A stretch of DNA of 64,000 nt from Candidatus Thorarchaeota archaeon. GTDB lineage: Archaea; Asgardarchaeota; Thorarchaeia; Thorarchaeales; Thorarchaeaceae. Shown in pieces: positions 1-8,798 of this stretch; positions within the stretch are counted from its first letter, which is position 1, and each line of letters starts with the position of its first letter. The stretch spans positions 11,126-75,125 of the forward strand of contig JBHLRQ010000003.1 of assembly GCA_048882385.1 (NCBI GenBank), read 5' to 3'. Made by a program: the position numbers and the translations under genes. Under the pieces are notes generated by a model. The model had not been told where the DNA came from and made no database searches. It worked only from the letters and a program-made list of their open reading frames with translations.

Positions 1-346
1 CCAAAACTCTAATGACGTCAGTGGCAGTAATTACTCCAATGATGTCGTTCCCCTCAATAACAGGAATGCGTTGTCGTCCAGTTTGATTCATTAAGGTAAC
101 CGCCTGACCAATATCCGCTTCTGGACCTATTGTGACGACTGGTGTTATCATGATGTCCTCTAGAGTGAGAGATTGATATGATTCTTCAGAAAGAAGGTGT
201 GCACTGACCATCTCTCGACGAGTAACCATCCCTACAAGAACATCTGCTTTTGTTACAAGAAGACTCCCTACATCTTCTGCAGCCATTAATTTAGCTGCCT
301 CTTTCACCAAAGTGTCAGCCTCAGCGGTGATGATGAATGTAGTCAT
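1..346 (-). CDS. CBS-domain pair protein, 3' end truncated by window edge
   Basis: Read by hand on the minus strand; ATG at 346-344. Translation begins MTTFIITAEADTLVKEAAKLMAAEDVGSLLVTKADVLVGMVTRREM...GRQRIPVIEGNDIIGVITATDVIRVL, which is typical tandem CBS (Bateman) motif sequence. It is absent from the ORF track because no stop codon falls inside the window. Confidence 0.6.
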   Translation of the reverse strand, partial: MTTFIITAEADTLVKEAAKLMAAEDVGSLLVTKADVLVGMVTRREMVSAHLLSEESYQSLTLEDIMITPVVTIGPEADIGQAVTLMNQTGRQRIPVIEGNDIIGVITATDVIRVL

Positions 347-391
347 GAAGTCCCGTACTTGCAAATTCCTATTCACCTTTGTTTGAGTTTT

Positions 392-1000
392 TCACATTAT
401 AGGGCTCTTGCTTTCTGCAAGTGCTTTGGCCAGTACAACTTCCGCTGTACGTGAAAATACATTGTTAACTTCATCACCAGTCTTGGCTGATGTTTCAAAA
501 TACTCTGACTGGAACCAATCACGTAACATTCTTCCTGGTTCTGTGGGAACCATTCTTTGTTCTACAAGATCGATTTTGTTGGCACTTATTAGAACTGGCG
601 AATCGGGACATACTTCCTTGAACGATTCAAACCAATTATTCATCGCCATGAATGTTTCGGGTCGCGTGACATCATATACGATAATCGCGGCAGATGCTCC
701 CTTCATAAACTGCCTTCTTAACTCTCGATAGGTGGACTGTCCTCCCATATCCCACACATTGAGGCGAACTTTTCGAACCTCGCCTCCTGAGTCTGTCACA
801 TCAACATCTTTGGTGGCAAATGTTGTGCCTATAGTTTGCTTATATTCTTCATCAAAGGCGTTCTCAGTATATCTACGCAGGAGTGAGGACTTGCCCACAG
901 CAGCCTCTCCAAGTAGGACTATCCGAAACTTATACCCCTCAAATCCATCAGACGCACTATTGTCTGGTGAAGCATCTGAAGCATCGTTTCTTTCAGTCAA
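392..1000 (-). CDS. Ras/Rab-like small GTPase (Ras superfamily)
   Basis: G1 P-loop GEAAVGKSS, switch-I Thr in TIGTTF, G3 WDMGGQ (DTAGQ-like), G4 NKID, G5 ETSAK. An N-terminal Ser/Asp-rich extension is present. This family is typical of Asgard archaea. Confidence 0.8.
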   Translation of the reverse strand: MTERNDASDASPDNSASDGFEGYKFRIVLLGEAAVGKSSLLRRYTENAFDEEYKQTIGTTFATKDVDVTDSGGEVRKVRLNVWDMGGQSTYRELRRQFMKGASAAIIVYDVTRPETFMAMNNWFESFKEVCPDSPVLISANKIDLVEQRMVPTEPGRMLRDWFQSEYFETSAKTGDEVNNVFSRTAEVVLAKALAESKSPIM

Positions 1001-1082
1001 TCGAGAGCACTCCAGGTAGTCTCTGTTAGGTCCTACCCAGAATTCTCACGGATTTCATCTTATATCTTTTCTGCGTTTTGTA

Positions 1083-2744
1083 CTACCACTCAGTATTTCT
1101 AGGTATGAGTATCTCAAATGTCACTATTGGATAGGCAATTCCGAAGTTGCTGAGAACCTCAGGCAAAACCTCACCAAGTATCCCAACATTCTTGTCGTTA
1201 ATGATGATTTGAGCTGATCTTCCTTCAATGAAACTAGGATACTTCTTTGGTTTAAACCTGAATTGACTATCAAGACCTAAGTTTCTCAATAGGAATCCTA
1301 TCTCAGTCATAAGAGTCGTTATGTTCACTCTTACATCAGTAATTAATCCACTCACAGTTGGGATTTGGTCTACACGTGTTTCCATTTCCTCATTGGGAAC
1401 AACGATATCGCCAACCTCGAATATCTTCTGTGGATAATCTGCATGTTGATTCTGAGAGGCGAAGTCTAATAAAACGGGAATGAGTGAGTTTCTTAGAACT
1501 GAATAATTGCGACTCTTCGGATTTTCTGTAGTAACTATTGGTTCATTACGAAGCATCTTCTCATTCAGTATTTCTGGTGAGGTCATGATGTAGCTCATTA
1601 TCTCCTGATAACCCATACCTACCATCAGGTCTCTTACCTTGTTTTTGAGTCTGGTAGTATGTGACAACACTCCAGTAGTCATTGTCTGTGGCATTGCTGG
1701 TACAAACCTATCAAATCCATATCCTATGGCGATGTCTTCAATGATGTCCACTGCATGGAGAATATCCATTCTGAATTTTGGAACCTTAACTTGTACAGAT
1801 TTTGATGTTGCATTTCCTCCATATCCCATTCGTTCGAGAGCTTTCACTATCTCTACACCGCCTAGATCAAGTCCTATCATTGACGTAATCTTTTGAATTG
1901 GAATCGTCATCGTACTAGGACTGAAATCTGGGGTTTCATCTGTTGATCCATCTGGATATACCACAGTAACAGACTCTATCTTTCCACCCCTCTCAGCCAG
2001 TGAAGATGTGATTATATTCAATGCTTGGTGAACGGTCAACAAATGGGTTCCAGTAACTTCGATGAACAGATTCTTTGTATCAGTGGTCATGCGACCAAGA
2101 TCATTACTGTTAATGATAGGCGGAAGGCTCAACACCTGATTGTCAGAATCGTAAAGCAGTGGCCATTTCTTGTGAGCTTGAATAATGGGACCAAATTCAA
2201 CACCTTTCTCATGATCACTCATGATTGTAGGGCCATCCATCTCTATTTCATGTCCAAGTGGAACGAACTTGATCTTGTCCGGCGGCTTAGGTCCATAGAT
2301 CACTGGAAACTTGAGCTTGTCATATACGTAAAGACCTATGCTTGCCTTGCTCCTGTTCCTCCCATGTGTTGATGTGAGTGCATCTTGGAGGTGCATATAC
2401 TCCTTGATTAGCTCGTCATCTGAAGGAGTGTCCTTGATGATTGAGCATGCAATGTAAGGTCTAATCTTACTTAATCCCGGTTTGACGATGATTTGTTTTC
2501 CTGATTTCTTGATAGTATATTTCTTGAGTCCTAATTCAAGTCTAAGGAATGATTTGACTGCACGTGCAATACCCTCAGGTGAGAGCATATCCTGACGATC
2601 TGGATTCACCTCTATCTCAATGATGTTTCCCTCGACTTTCTCAACTTCTGCCTTAATGAGAAACAGAGTATCCTCTAGTTTTTCCAAAGTGAGTTTCTTG
2701 CCAATCAATGCGAGGAGGTCATCAATTCTACATTCGACAATCAT
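1083..2744 (-). CDS. pheT: phenylalanine--tRNA ligase beta subunit (archaeal type)
   Basis: About 553 aa, which matches archaeal PheT in length and architecture. It sits immediately downstream of pheS. The likely start is the internal Met (MIVECRIDDLL...) at 2744, which leaves a 5-nt gap after the pheS stop. Confidence 0.88.
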   Translation of the reverse strand: MIVECRIDDLLALIGKKLTLEKLEDTLFLIKAEVEKVEGNIIEIEVNPDRQDMLSPEGIARAVKSFLRLELGLKKYTIKKSGKQIIVKPGLSKIRPYIACSIIKDTPSDDELIKEYMHLQDALTSTHGRNRSKASIGLYVYDKLKFPVIYGPKPPDKIKFVPLGHEIEMDGPTIMSDHEKGVEFGPIIQAHKKWPLLYDSDNQVLSLPPIINSNDLGRMTTDTKNLFIEVTGTHLLTVHQALNIITSSLAERGGKIESVTVVYPDGSTDETPDFSPSTMTIPIQKITSMIGLDLGGVEIVKALERMGYGGNATSKSVQVKVPKFRMDILHAVDIIEDIAIGYGFDRFVPAMPQTMTTGVLSHTTRLKNKVRDLMVGMGYQEIMSYIMTSPEILNEKMLRNEPIVTTENPKSRNYSVLRNSLIPVLLDFASQNQHADYPQKIFEVGDIVVPNEEMETRVDQIPTVSGLITDVRVNITTLMTEIGFLLRNLGLDSQFRFKPKKYPSFIEGRSAQIIINDKNVGILGEVLPEVLSNFGIAYPIVTFEILIPRNTEW

Positions 2745-2749
2745 CGTTT

Positions 2750-4258
2750 TCACCTCACAAAATGGCTCCTCCTGAGCCAATTAAGATCTCTTGAAAACAG
2801 ATCTCTGATGTCGTTTATTCCCATGGAAGCCATATACAATCGTCCAGAGCCAATCCCCCATGCCAGCACAGAGTCTTTGATACCCAATGGTCGTGTAACC
2901 TCTGGTCTGAATATTCCAGAACCTCCTAGCTCAATCCATCCTAGTTTCTCATGTTTTCCAAATGTTTCAACACTCGGTTCTGTGAATGGGAATTGTCCTG
3001 GTTTGAACTTGAGTTTCTCAATGCCAACAGCTTTGCAAATAGAGGTCAAATATCCAAGTAAGTCTCTTAGAGTTAATCCTTTGTCCATTATGATGCCCTC
3101 GCATTGATTGAACTCCTGAGCATGAGTAGCACTGAGAGTTTCACTTCTGAAATTACGATCAATGATGAACATCTTTTGTGGACTCTCTCTATGTTCGTAC
3201 AAATACCTCATTGATACAGGTGTAGTATGAGGTCTTAGACAAAGTCTAGTGGCCACCTCCTCACTATAAGGCCAGTCCCATCCTGTTGAACCTGTATTTC
3301 CTCCGTTCTCATGAACTGCTTTTACAGCTCTGTAGTATTTCTTATCCACAATGTGCCCGTGACTATATGGTGACGCCACTCTGAACTGGTCCTGAACTTC
3401 TCGGGATACATGATCCTGAGGAACGAAGAGTGAATCATGACCCCAAAACTCAGTTTCGACATACGGTCCAATCCATTCTGTGAAACCTAGTCCAACCATT
3501 ATCTCTCTGAGCCAGTCATTGAACTCACCATAGGGATGTTTCTTTCCATAATTGGCATAGACTGGTTGAATATCAACATTGTAGGGTCTGAAGGATTTGC
3601 CTTTCCAGTTTCCGCTAGCAAGTATCTCATGAGTTAGATTTCCTATACCCTCAACACCTGCATCGAGTAACTTTTCAATCTCCCCCTTCTTTGCTCCTAT
3701 CAGCTCAGCTTCAAATGTTTTGGTTACGCTCTCAGAAACAAGTTTTCGCTCTTGAGCCTGTTTAAGAATTGCTGCAAGATTCTGAGGTAATGTTTGCTTT
3801 CCATCTGAGAGCTGTTTCAAGATATCAGTAATCTCTGATACCGGGTTGTCTACAACTGTTCGTAGAACTGTAGATCCTTCTTCTTTGGATATTTGAATCC
3901 ACCCAGTTTTACGAGCCCAATTCATAGCTATTCCTTTTGCTTTAGTATCTAGTCCTGCTCGAGCAACAGCATCATCAAAAGTGGCTTTTCCTCCAAGGTC
4001 CTTAACTCCAAAAAAGAGTCTAACCTCTGGAAGCCCAGATTCAACGTATTCCACTCCTTCACTAGTCAAGGCATATGCCACCTTCTCTTTGGGATGAATC
4101 TGCACAAGACTTCTACTTGCCAGTGAATTAAGGATCGAAGTGACTCTCTCTTCTGCTTGGTCGAGATTCTTTGCAAGTTGAGCTGTGGAAACACGATGAT
4201 CTAGATTGAGTAGTTCTTGTAGTACTATTCTCTCACCTTCAGTCAACTGTTCGCTCAT
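2750..4258 (-). CDS. pheS: phenylalanine--tRNA ligase alpha subunit (archaeal type)
   Basis: 502 aa. N-terminal wHTH-like repeats are followed by a class II aaRS core (FRPYNVDIQPVYANYGK..., GWIELGGSGIFRPEV). It is adjacent to pheT. Confidence 0.88.
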   Translation of the reverse strand: MSEQLTEGERIVLQELLNLDHRVSTAQLAKNLDQAEERVTSILNSLASRSLVQIHPKEKVAYALTSEGVEYVESGLPEVRLFFGVKDLGGKATFDDAVARAGLDTKAKGIAMNWARKTGWIQISKEEGSTVLRTVVDNPVSEITDILKQLSDGKQTLPQNLAAILKQAQERKLVSESVTKTFEAELIGAKKGEIEKLLDAGVEGIGNLTHEILASGNWKGKSFRPYNVDIQPVYANYGKKHPYGEFNDWLREIMVGLGFTEWIGPYVETEFWGHDSLFVPQDHVSREVQDQFRVASPYSHGHIVDKKYYRAVKAVHENGGNTGSTGWDWPYSEEVATRLCLRPHTTPVSMRYLYEHRESPQKMFIIDRNFRSETLSATHAQEFNQCEGIIMDKGLTLRDLLGYLTSICKAVGIEKLKFKPGQFPFTEPSVETFGKHEKLGWIELGGSGIFRPEVTRPLGIKDSVLAWGIGSGRLYMASMGINDIRDLFSRDLNWLRRSHFVR

Positions 4259-4572
4259 ATGTCAATCAAAACTCCTGAAACTGATAGAACCGATTGGGAC
4301 AGACACGCCTCATACTCTCTAATTCTATACAATAAGTGACCCCTTATGGGGTAGTCGTAAATTGGCAGTAATCCATCCGAATCCATCCTGCTTATACAGG
4401 AAAAAATAGCTCACCTTTTTAATGTGTCGCAAAAAGTCAAAATTAGAAGTTTCAAATAACCGCCGCTACGTAATGTTAAAATACACTCAATTGGGAGTTC
4501 CCGTTGGCAGGAAAATACTGCCTCTGATTTTTGATGAAATCAGTGAATCATAAGAGAGTGAAGGTGAAGAAC

Positions 4573-5652
4573 ATGTCAGCGGAGCGACACAGGCTTAGAC
4601 GAAAGGTAGAACAGCTTAAAGCCTACCAAGGACGTCATAGTTCATTCACGACATTGTATGTTCCACCTTCCAAGAACCTCACTGATGTTATCAACTTTGT
4701 AAAGACTGAACTCGCAGGTGCTGAGAACATCAAAAGCAAGGCAAATCGCAAGAATGTATCAGACAACCTTACAGCAATTCTCAGTGAGCTAACGAAAATT
4801 CCTGAAATACCTCAAAATGGTCTTGCTTTCTTCTTTGGAGTTGAAGAGGAAGGTGGCACTGGTAATGATATTAGAGAACTAGTGGTTCCACCCACTCCTA
4901 TATCACAGTTCATTTATCTCTGTGGAAGAGAATTTGTTACGGAAGAACTTGAGAATATGACCAAACCAAAGAGCTTGGTCGTGATAGTCCTGATCGAGGG
5001 CGGGAAAGTTACTATTGGTTACCTTCGTGGAAAACATATGGAACTCGTTCGAGACGAAGATTTCTACATCATCGGCAAAACAAGAGCCGGAGGTCAGAGT
5101 GCAAAGAGGTACATGCGGCTTCGTGAAGAGAAGATGATGGAGTTCTTCAAGTATGTGGGTCGAATGCTCAACAATCTTCTGCTTGAAGATTTAGATAATG
5201 TTGATGCAATTGTACTTGGTGGAAACACAATTCGTTGCCAAGAATTTCTGGAAAAAGGGGACCTCGATTATCGACTTCGGGAAAAAGTAGCTGAAACGAT
5301 CATCCCTGTAAGTATTATCGATGAAACTGGTCTCTATCAAGCAATGAAAGAAGCTTCTCGAGTTCTTCGTGAAACTGAAATCTATGCAGAGCGCCAGACT
5401 TGGGATCAGTTTGTGGAAGACCTTATGAAAGGCCTCAATACTGTGACCTACGGAAAAGACGAAGTCATGAGTGCTCTTCGGCAAGGTCGCGTCGATACTA
5501 TAATGGTACTTGAGGATTTAGCAGACCAAATGGATGAACTTTATGACGAGATCGGAACATATGGTAGCAAAATGTTAGTTTTCTCGAATCAGACAGAATC
5601 TGGAGCGCAATTGAAATCTTTCGGTGGAATGGCAGCGCGTCTACGGTGGTAA
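4573..5652 (+). CDS. prf1: peptide chain release factor aRF1
   Basis: NIKS motif (AENIKSKANR) in domain 1 and GGQ (RAGGQSAKR) in domain 2. Start moved to M15 (MSAERHRLRRKVEQL...TLYVPPS), which matches aRF1 N-termini. Confidence 0.85.
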   Translation: MSAERHRLRRKVEQLKAYQGRHSSFTTLYVPPSKNLTDVINFVKTELAGAENIKSKANRKNVSDNLTAILSELTKIPEIPQNGLAFFFGVEEEGGTGNDIRELVVPPTPISQFIYLCGREFVTEELENMTKPKSLVVIVLIEGGKVTIGYLRGKHMELVRDEDFYIIGKTRAGGQSAKRYMRLREEKMMEFFKYVGRMLNNLLLEDLDNVDAIVLGGNTIRCQEFLEKGDLDYRLREKVAETIIPVSIIDETGLYQAMKEASRVLRETEIYAERQTWDQFVEDLMKGLNTVTYGKDEVMSALRQGRVDTIMVLEDLADQMDELYDEIGTYGSKMLVFSNQTESGAQLKSFGGMAARLRW

Positions 5653-5659
5653 TGAAAAT

Positions 5660-6121
5660 TTAGGCTCTCGGTGGACGCGGAATCTCTCGCAAGGTTTCAA
5701 TGTCTTCAACCCATTTTGCGAGTTCTTCACTAATTCCATTCATGAATGTTAGGAGAGTCTGTTGGTACTTTCGTAAATGCTGTTGTTCTAATTTACTAGA
5801 TTTGGAAACAAAATCTTTGACGCGTTTTGGAAACCCAATAGACCACCTACGAAGCATCAGCTCTGCCTTTCGGTCTTCAAGTACTTTTTTAGCCATTCTG
5901 AGTTTCCTTCTCTTGGTAATCAAATCTTCAAGGAGCTTCTGCATTGTAATCGTGGCTGCAACGAGTTCCTTCGCGTCAAGTTTGCTGTCTTGGTTGCGGC
6001 TTGTGTAGTATACACGCTTTAGATCTCTCTTTGCACTCATTACATGAGTCAAAAGTCTAGTCAATGAATGTACCATGGCACTCTTTCCTTCAGTTATTGA
6101 CGTAAAAAGGTCTGTGTTCAT
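5660..6121 (-). CDS. hypothetical basic (K/R-rich) coiled-coil protein
   Basis: 153-aa ORF with no recognisable motif. It lies 14 nt downstream of the Cas4-like nuclease core gene on the same strand, so it is probably the third gene of that operon. Confidence 0.4.
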   Translation of the reverse strand: MNTDLFTSITEGKSAMVHSLTRLLTHVMSAKRDLKRVYYTSRNQDSKLDAKELVAATITMQKLLEDLITKRRKLRMAKKVLEDRKAELMLRRWSIGFPKRVKDFVSKSSKLEQQHLRKYQQTLLTFMNGISEELAKWVEDIETLREIPRPPRA

Positions 6122-6135
6122 GTATGTCTTACTGA

Positions 6136-6825
6136 TTAAAAAGCCGAGTAATTACATCTGTCCCTGCTATATGGACAAGCTCTACATTTCTCCTTCTCAG
6201 GAGAAGGCTTTGGTTTGCGTCCTCTATACCAAATCTCATCTATCTTTTCGAGAGATTTGATCACTTTATTTGGATCAAATTGGCTAATGTGGATCTTACC
6301 TCCTCCGCAACCCCAACAATCCTTCATGGAGTTGCCTTCCATGCATCTTATTGCCTGATCTTGGAGGCAATAGACATTGATTAGAAGGGTTGTTGAACAT
6401 GAAACGCCGCTCTCATATAGAGCAAGAGCATAAAGCCCCGTTTGAAACATATCTTCAGGTCTTTTATTTTCCGGCAGATATTTGGTTGGAAATTTGTGTT
6501 CAATGATTAGATCAAGTACGGGGGTGTCTTCCCAATGAAATATTGCTCTATCGAATCTTCCAATGAACCGGTATCCTAATGACCTTACAGTTTCTTCTGA
6601 GAATGAATAGTATTGTCCTAAACCCCATCTACTAGGCTTCAAATGAAGAAATTCGTATAAAGTCCAGGGAGCTGGTAATGCCCTACGAATCTTCATCTTA
6701 ACTGTGTAAAACCTTTTTCGATGTTTGAACATGAAGAGGATAACTATGCAACCAAGAACGACTACCCATATCAATAGATTAGCGTAAGCATCCATTTCCT
6801 CACCACAAGATCCACAGTACACCAA
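6136..6825 (-). CDS. Cas4/RecB-family PD-(D/E)xK nuclease core with N-terminal TM anchor and C-terminal Fe-S cysteines
   Basis: Motif II GRFDRAI, motif III VLDLIIEHK (hhhExK), QhxxY motif FQTGLYALALYE, and C-terminal CRACPYSRDRC (Cx2Cx6C). Compare S. solfataricus Cas4: GRADAII, IVIEIKTS, QLQIYLWL, CKYCIFSVIC. A hydrophobic helix LLIWVVVLGCIVILFMF sits near the N-terminus. The track start is TTG at 6825. An in-frame ATG at 6795 (MDAYANLL...) sits 4 nt after the stop of the upstream 88-aa ORF and is the more likely start. Confidence 0.5.
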   Translation of the reverse strand: MVYCGSCGEEMDAYANLLIWVVVLGCIVILFMFKHRKRFYTVKMKIRRALPAPWTLYEFLHLKPSRWGLGQYYSFSEETVRSLGYRFIGRFDRAIFHWEDTPVLDLIIEHKFPTKYLPENKRPEDMFQTGLYALALYESGVSCSTTLLINVYCLQDQAIRCMEGNSMKDCWGCGGGKIHISQFDPNKVIKSLEKIDEIWYRGRKPKPSPEKEKCRACPYSRDRCNYSAF

Positions 6826-7066
6826 GAACTATCGCAACGACTATGATAAGAAGAGGAACTATCTTGGTTTCTTTACTATCAGCTAAGGATGGAACTTGAT
6901 CTGATACAAGTCTATGTAGAACTGTGCCGGTGACGCCTGCATCAGATGATGAATCACCAACTCTCTGTTTCAAGAGAAGTCTGTATTCACATTGAAACTG
7001 CGTTCTTAGATCTGACACCTCTCTAAGCCAATTTTCCGGTCGCCGATCAACCTCTTTCAGTTTCAT
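6800..7066 (-). CDS. small protein carrying the Cas4 N-terminal Cys motif followed by a C-terminal TM helix; split partner of the nuclease core
   Basis: VSDLRTQFQCEYRLLL resembles the Cas4/RecB N-terminal motif (v[ST]DLxxyxxCPR[KR]hhh). The C-terminus IVPLLIIVVAIVLGVLWILW is a TM helix. It is directly upstream of, and out of frame with, the nuclease core ORF. Confidence 0.4.
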   Translation of the reverse strand: MKLKEVDRRPENWLREVSDLRTQFQCEYRLLLKQRVGDSSSDAGVTGTVLHRLVSDQVPSLADSKETKIVPLLIIVVAIVLGVLWILW

Positions 7067-7205
7067 TATCTCTCAGAAATCTGTTTGTGATAGACCTTGA
7101 AAAGCAGCACACTTCTAATCCTATTGATGCAAACAGTAGAGATTCACTTATATTCGATTTTGAGGAGTTTTCTCAAACAGGATTTCGCTACGGAGACAAG
7201 GGCTG

Positions 7206-7628
7206 ATGTCAGACGAAACCTATGAAGGAGCAACTGCCGGACGAGTACTAGTATTTGATGATAGTGAAACCGTGAAATTTCCCGCGGCTTTCAAGAATGC
7301 AATGGGAACAGGTCAAGGCCTTATGGTTCTTGTACACAAGGACCGACTAATCAAGATTTTTCCCCTCGAAACCAACGAGGTTCTATTTCTCAGCCTTGAG
7401 ATTGGAAAGCTAACAAATGATTTCCTAACTAAGCTTTCACAAATCTTCAAGAAATCAGGGCTGGTAGACCTTCTATTTTCGACAGGTGTTTGCCTAAGAG
7501 GAACTAGATGTTTCTATGAGTGTTATTTCAATCCAGCTCAACTCAGTGCGGAACTATCTGAGCTCGAAGACTCATTGAGAGTACTTGATGGTGTACAGAG
7601 AGTAGTTATCAATCAAGTATCCGTGTGA
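7206..7628 (+). CDS. AbrB/MazE-type (swapped-hairpin) DNA-binding domain protein
   Basis: The N-terminal segment VKFPAAFKNAMGTGQGLMVLVHKDRLIKIFPLE fits the SpoVT/AbrB pattern (h.hP...R..hGh..Gd.h.....dg.h.h.P). Its stop overlaps the DedA-like start by 4 nt. Confidence 0.4.
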   Translation: MSDETYEGATAGRVLVFDDSETVKFPAAFKNAMGTGQGLMVLVHKDRLIKIFPLETNEVLFLSLEIGKLTNDFLTKLSQIFKKSGLVDLLFSTGVCLRGTRCFYECYFNPAQLSAELSELEDSLRVLDGVQRVVINQVSV

Positions 7629-8326
7629 GCACTCAAAACTATTCAATCATTGGTGCATTCCACATGCAAGACCTCTTTGTATTCATCACTGAGATGATTA
7701 CTCAGGGATATCTTGGTTTGTTTCTCATATGTTTTGCAATCAATATGATTCCTTTCCTCAGTCCGAGCAACATGGTTCTTGCAGGAGCCGCGGCACTACT
7801 TGTCCCAGAACTTGGATGGATTCAAATTGGTCTGATTGTTGCAATAACTGCAACATTAGCCAAATTCATTCACTATGCTGTTGTTCGTGGATCGCGTGTA
7901 ATGCTCTCTGAAGAACGAGTTAAGATGCTAGAGAATGAGAAGGATAGAGTTCAAAAATGGGGTGCTTTGGCTCTCTTTATTGCGGCTGCATCGCCAGTGC
8001 CGGATGATCCTCTAATCGTCTATGTGGGTCTTACTAAATACAACTCGGTCAAATTTATTCTAAGTTACTTCATTGGTAAGGTTGCAGTTACACTTGCTGG
8101 TGCATTCATCGGATTCGAAACAGCTAATTATTTTGAATCGACACCTATTGTTCTTGCATCAATAGCACTCACAGCAATAATCACTGGCATCCTCTTCAAG
8201 CGTAGGTCCGAGGGCAAGGAATCAGACATGCTTCAAGATATTCTTGAAGAAGAGATCATTGGTGATAATGAATCAAAACAACTTCCTAAAGAAGACGAAG
8301 TATCTGATGAACCAATGAGGAGATAG
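7625..8326 (+). CDS. DedA/VTT (TVP38/TMEM41-like) family membrane protein
   Basis: Polytopic membrane protein with the DedA-like motif ...AAASPVPDDPLIVYVGLTKY and Gly-rich helices. Called from family resemblance. Confidence 0.5.
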   Translation: MSTQNYSIIGAFHMQDLFVFITEMITQGYLGLFLICFAINMIPFLSPSNMVLAGAAALLVPELGWIQIGLIVAITATLAKFIHYAVVRGSRVMLSEERVKMLENEKDRVQKWGALALFIAAASPVPDDPLIVYVGLTKYNSVKFILSYFIGKVAVTLAGAFIGFETANYFESTPIVLASIALTAIITGILFKRRSEGKESDMLQDILEEEIIGDNESKQLPKEDEVSDEPMRR

Positions 8327-8362
8327 AAAATAATCTTCGCATAGTTCGGAATTCTTAAGTGC

Positions 8363-8797
8363 ATGCCTAAGTTTGTCAGAACTATTCTGGTGTCTAAAGT
8401 GACAAGTAAAAGTGTTGCAGAAGTAAAGTGCTCAAAGTGTAAGAATGTCTATGAAGCAGAAGTTATCGACCATATTGATTTGTCTGAAGATCAAGATATG
8501 ATTAAACCACTGAAGGCTGGAAAAGCAAATCGTGTTCAGTGTCCAAAATGTAAGAAGGTCATGTATTTAGATAGAAGTATTGTTGTCAATTTTGAACCAG
8601 AGAACAAGATAGTCGTCTATGATAAAAAAGCAAGATCAAAAGCAGCTAAGGAGAGTCTAATGGAAGATTATCGTAGCGTGATTTCATTCAACGATATATT
8701 GAGTGAGATTGCAGAGGAAACTGAATTTTCCATAATCACTAAGCTTGACCAATTGAAAGCCATGCTTAATGAGTATGTCAAAGTCCATCAGAGATAG
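8363..8797 (+). CDS. zinc-ribbon protein, hypothetical
   Basis: Two CxxC pairs (CSKCKN ... CPKCKK) about 35 aa apart. Otherwise no identifiable domain. Confidence 0.4.
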   Translation: MPKFVRTILVSKVTSKSVAEVKCSKCKNVYEAEVIDHIDLSEDQDMIKPLKAGKANRVQCPKCKKVMYLDRSIVVNFEPENKIVVYDKKARSKAAKESLMEDYRSVISFNDILSEIAEETEFSIITKLDQLKAMLNEYVKVHQR

Positions 8798-8798
8798 A

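Noticed and set aside
408-1019. Two plus-strand ORFs (107 aa, 95 aa) antisense to the small GTPase gene
   Set aside because: They are entirely embedded in a well-supported minus-strand gene, are low-complexity and Ser/Thr-rich, and carry no motifs. They are typical antisense shadow ORFs.
5191-5484. 97-aa minus-strand ORF inside the aRF1 gene, and similar embedded ORFs (e.g. 12383-12707, 26254-27036, 61018-61479)
   Set aside because: They are embedded antisense or alternate-frame ORFs within strongly supported genes and have no independent support.
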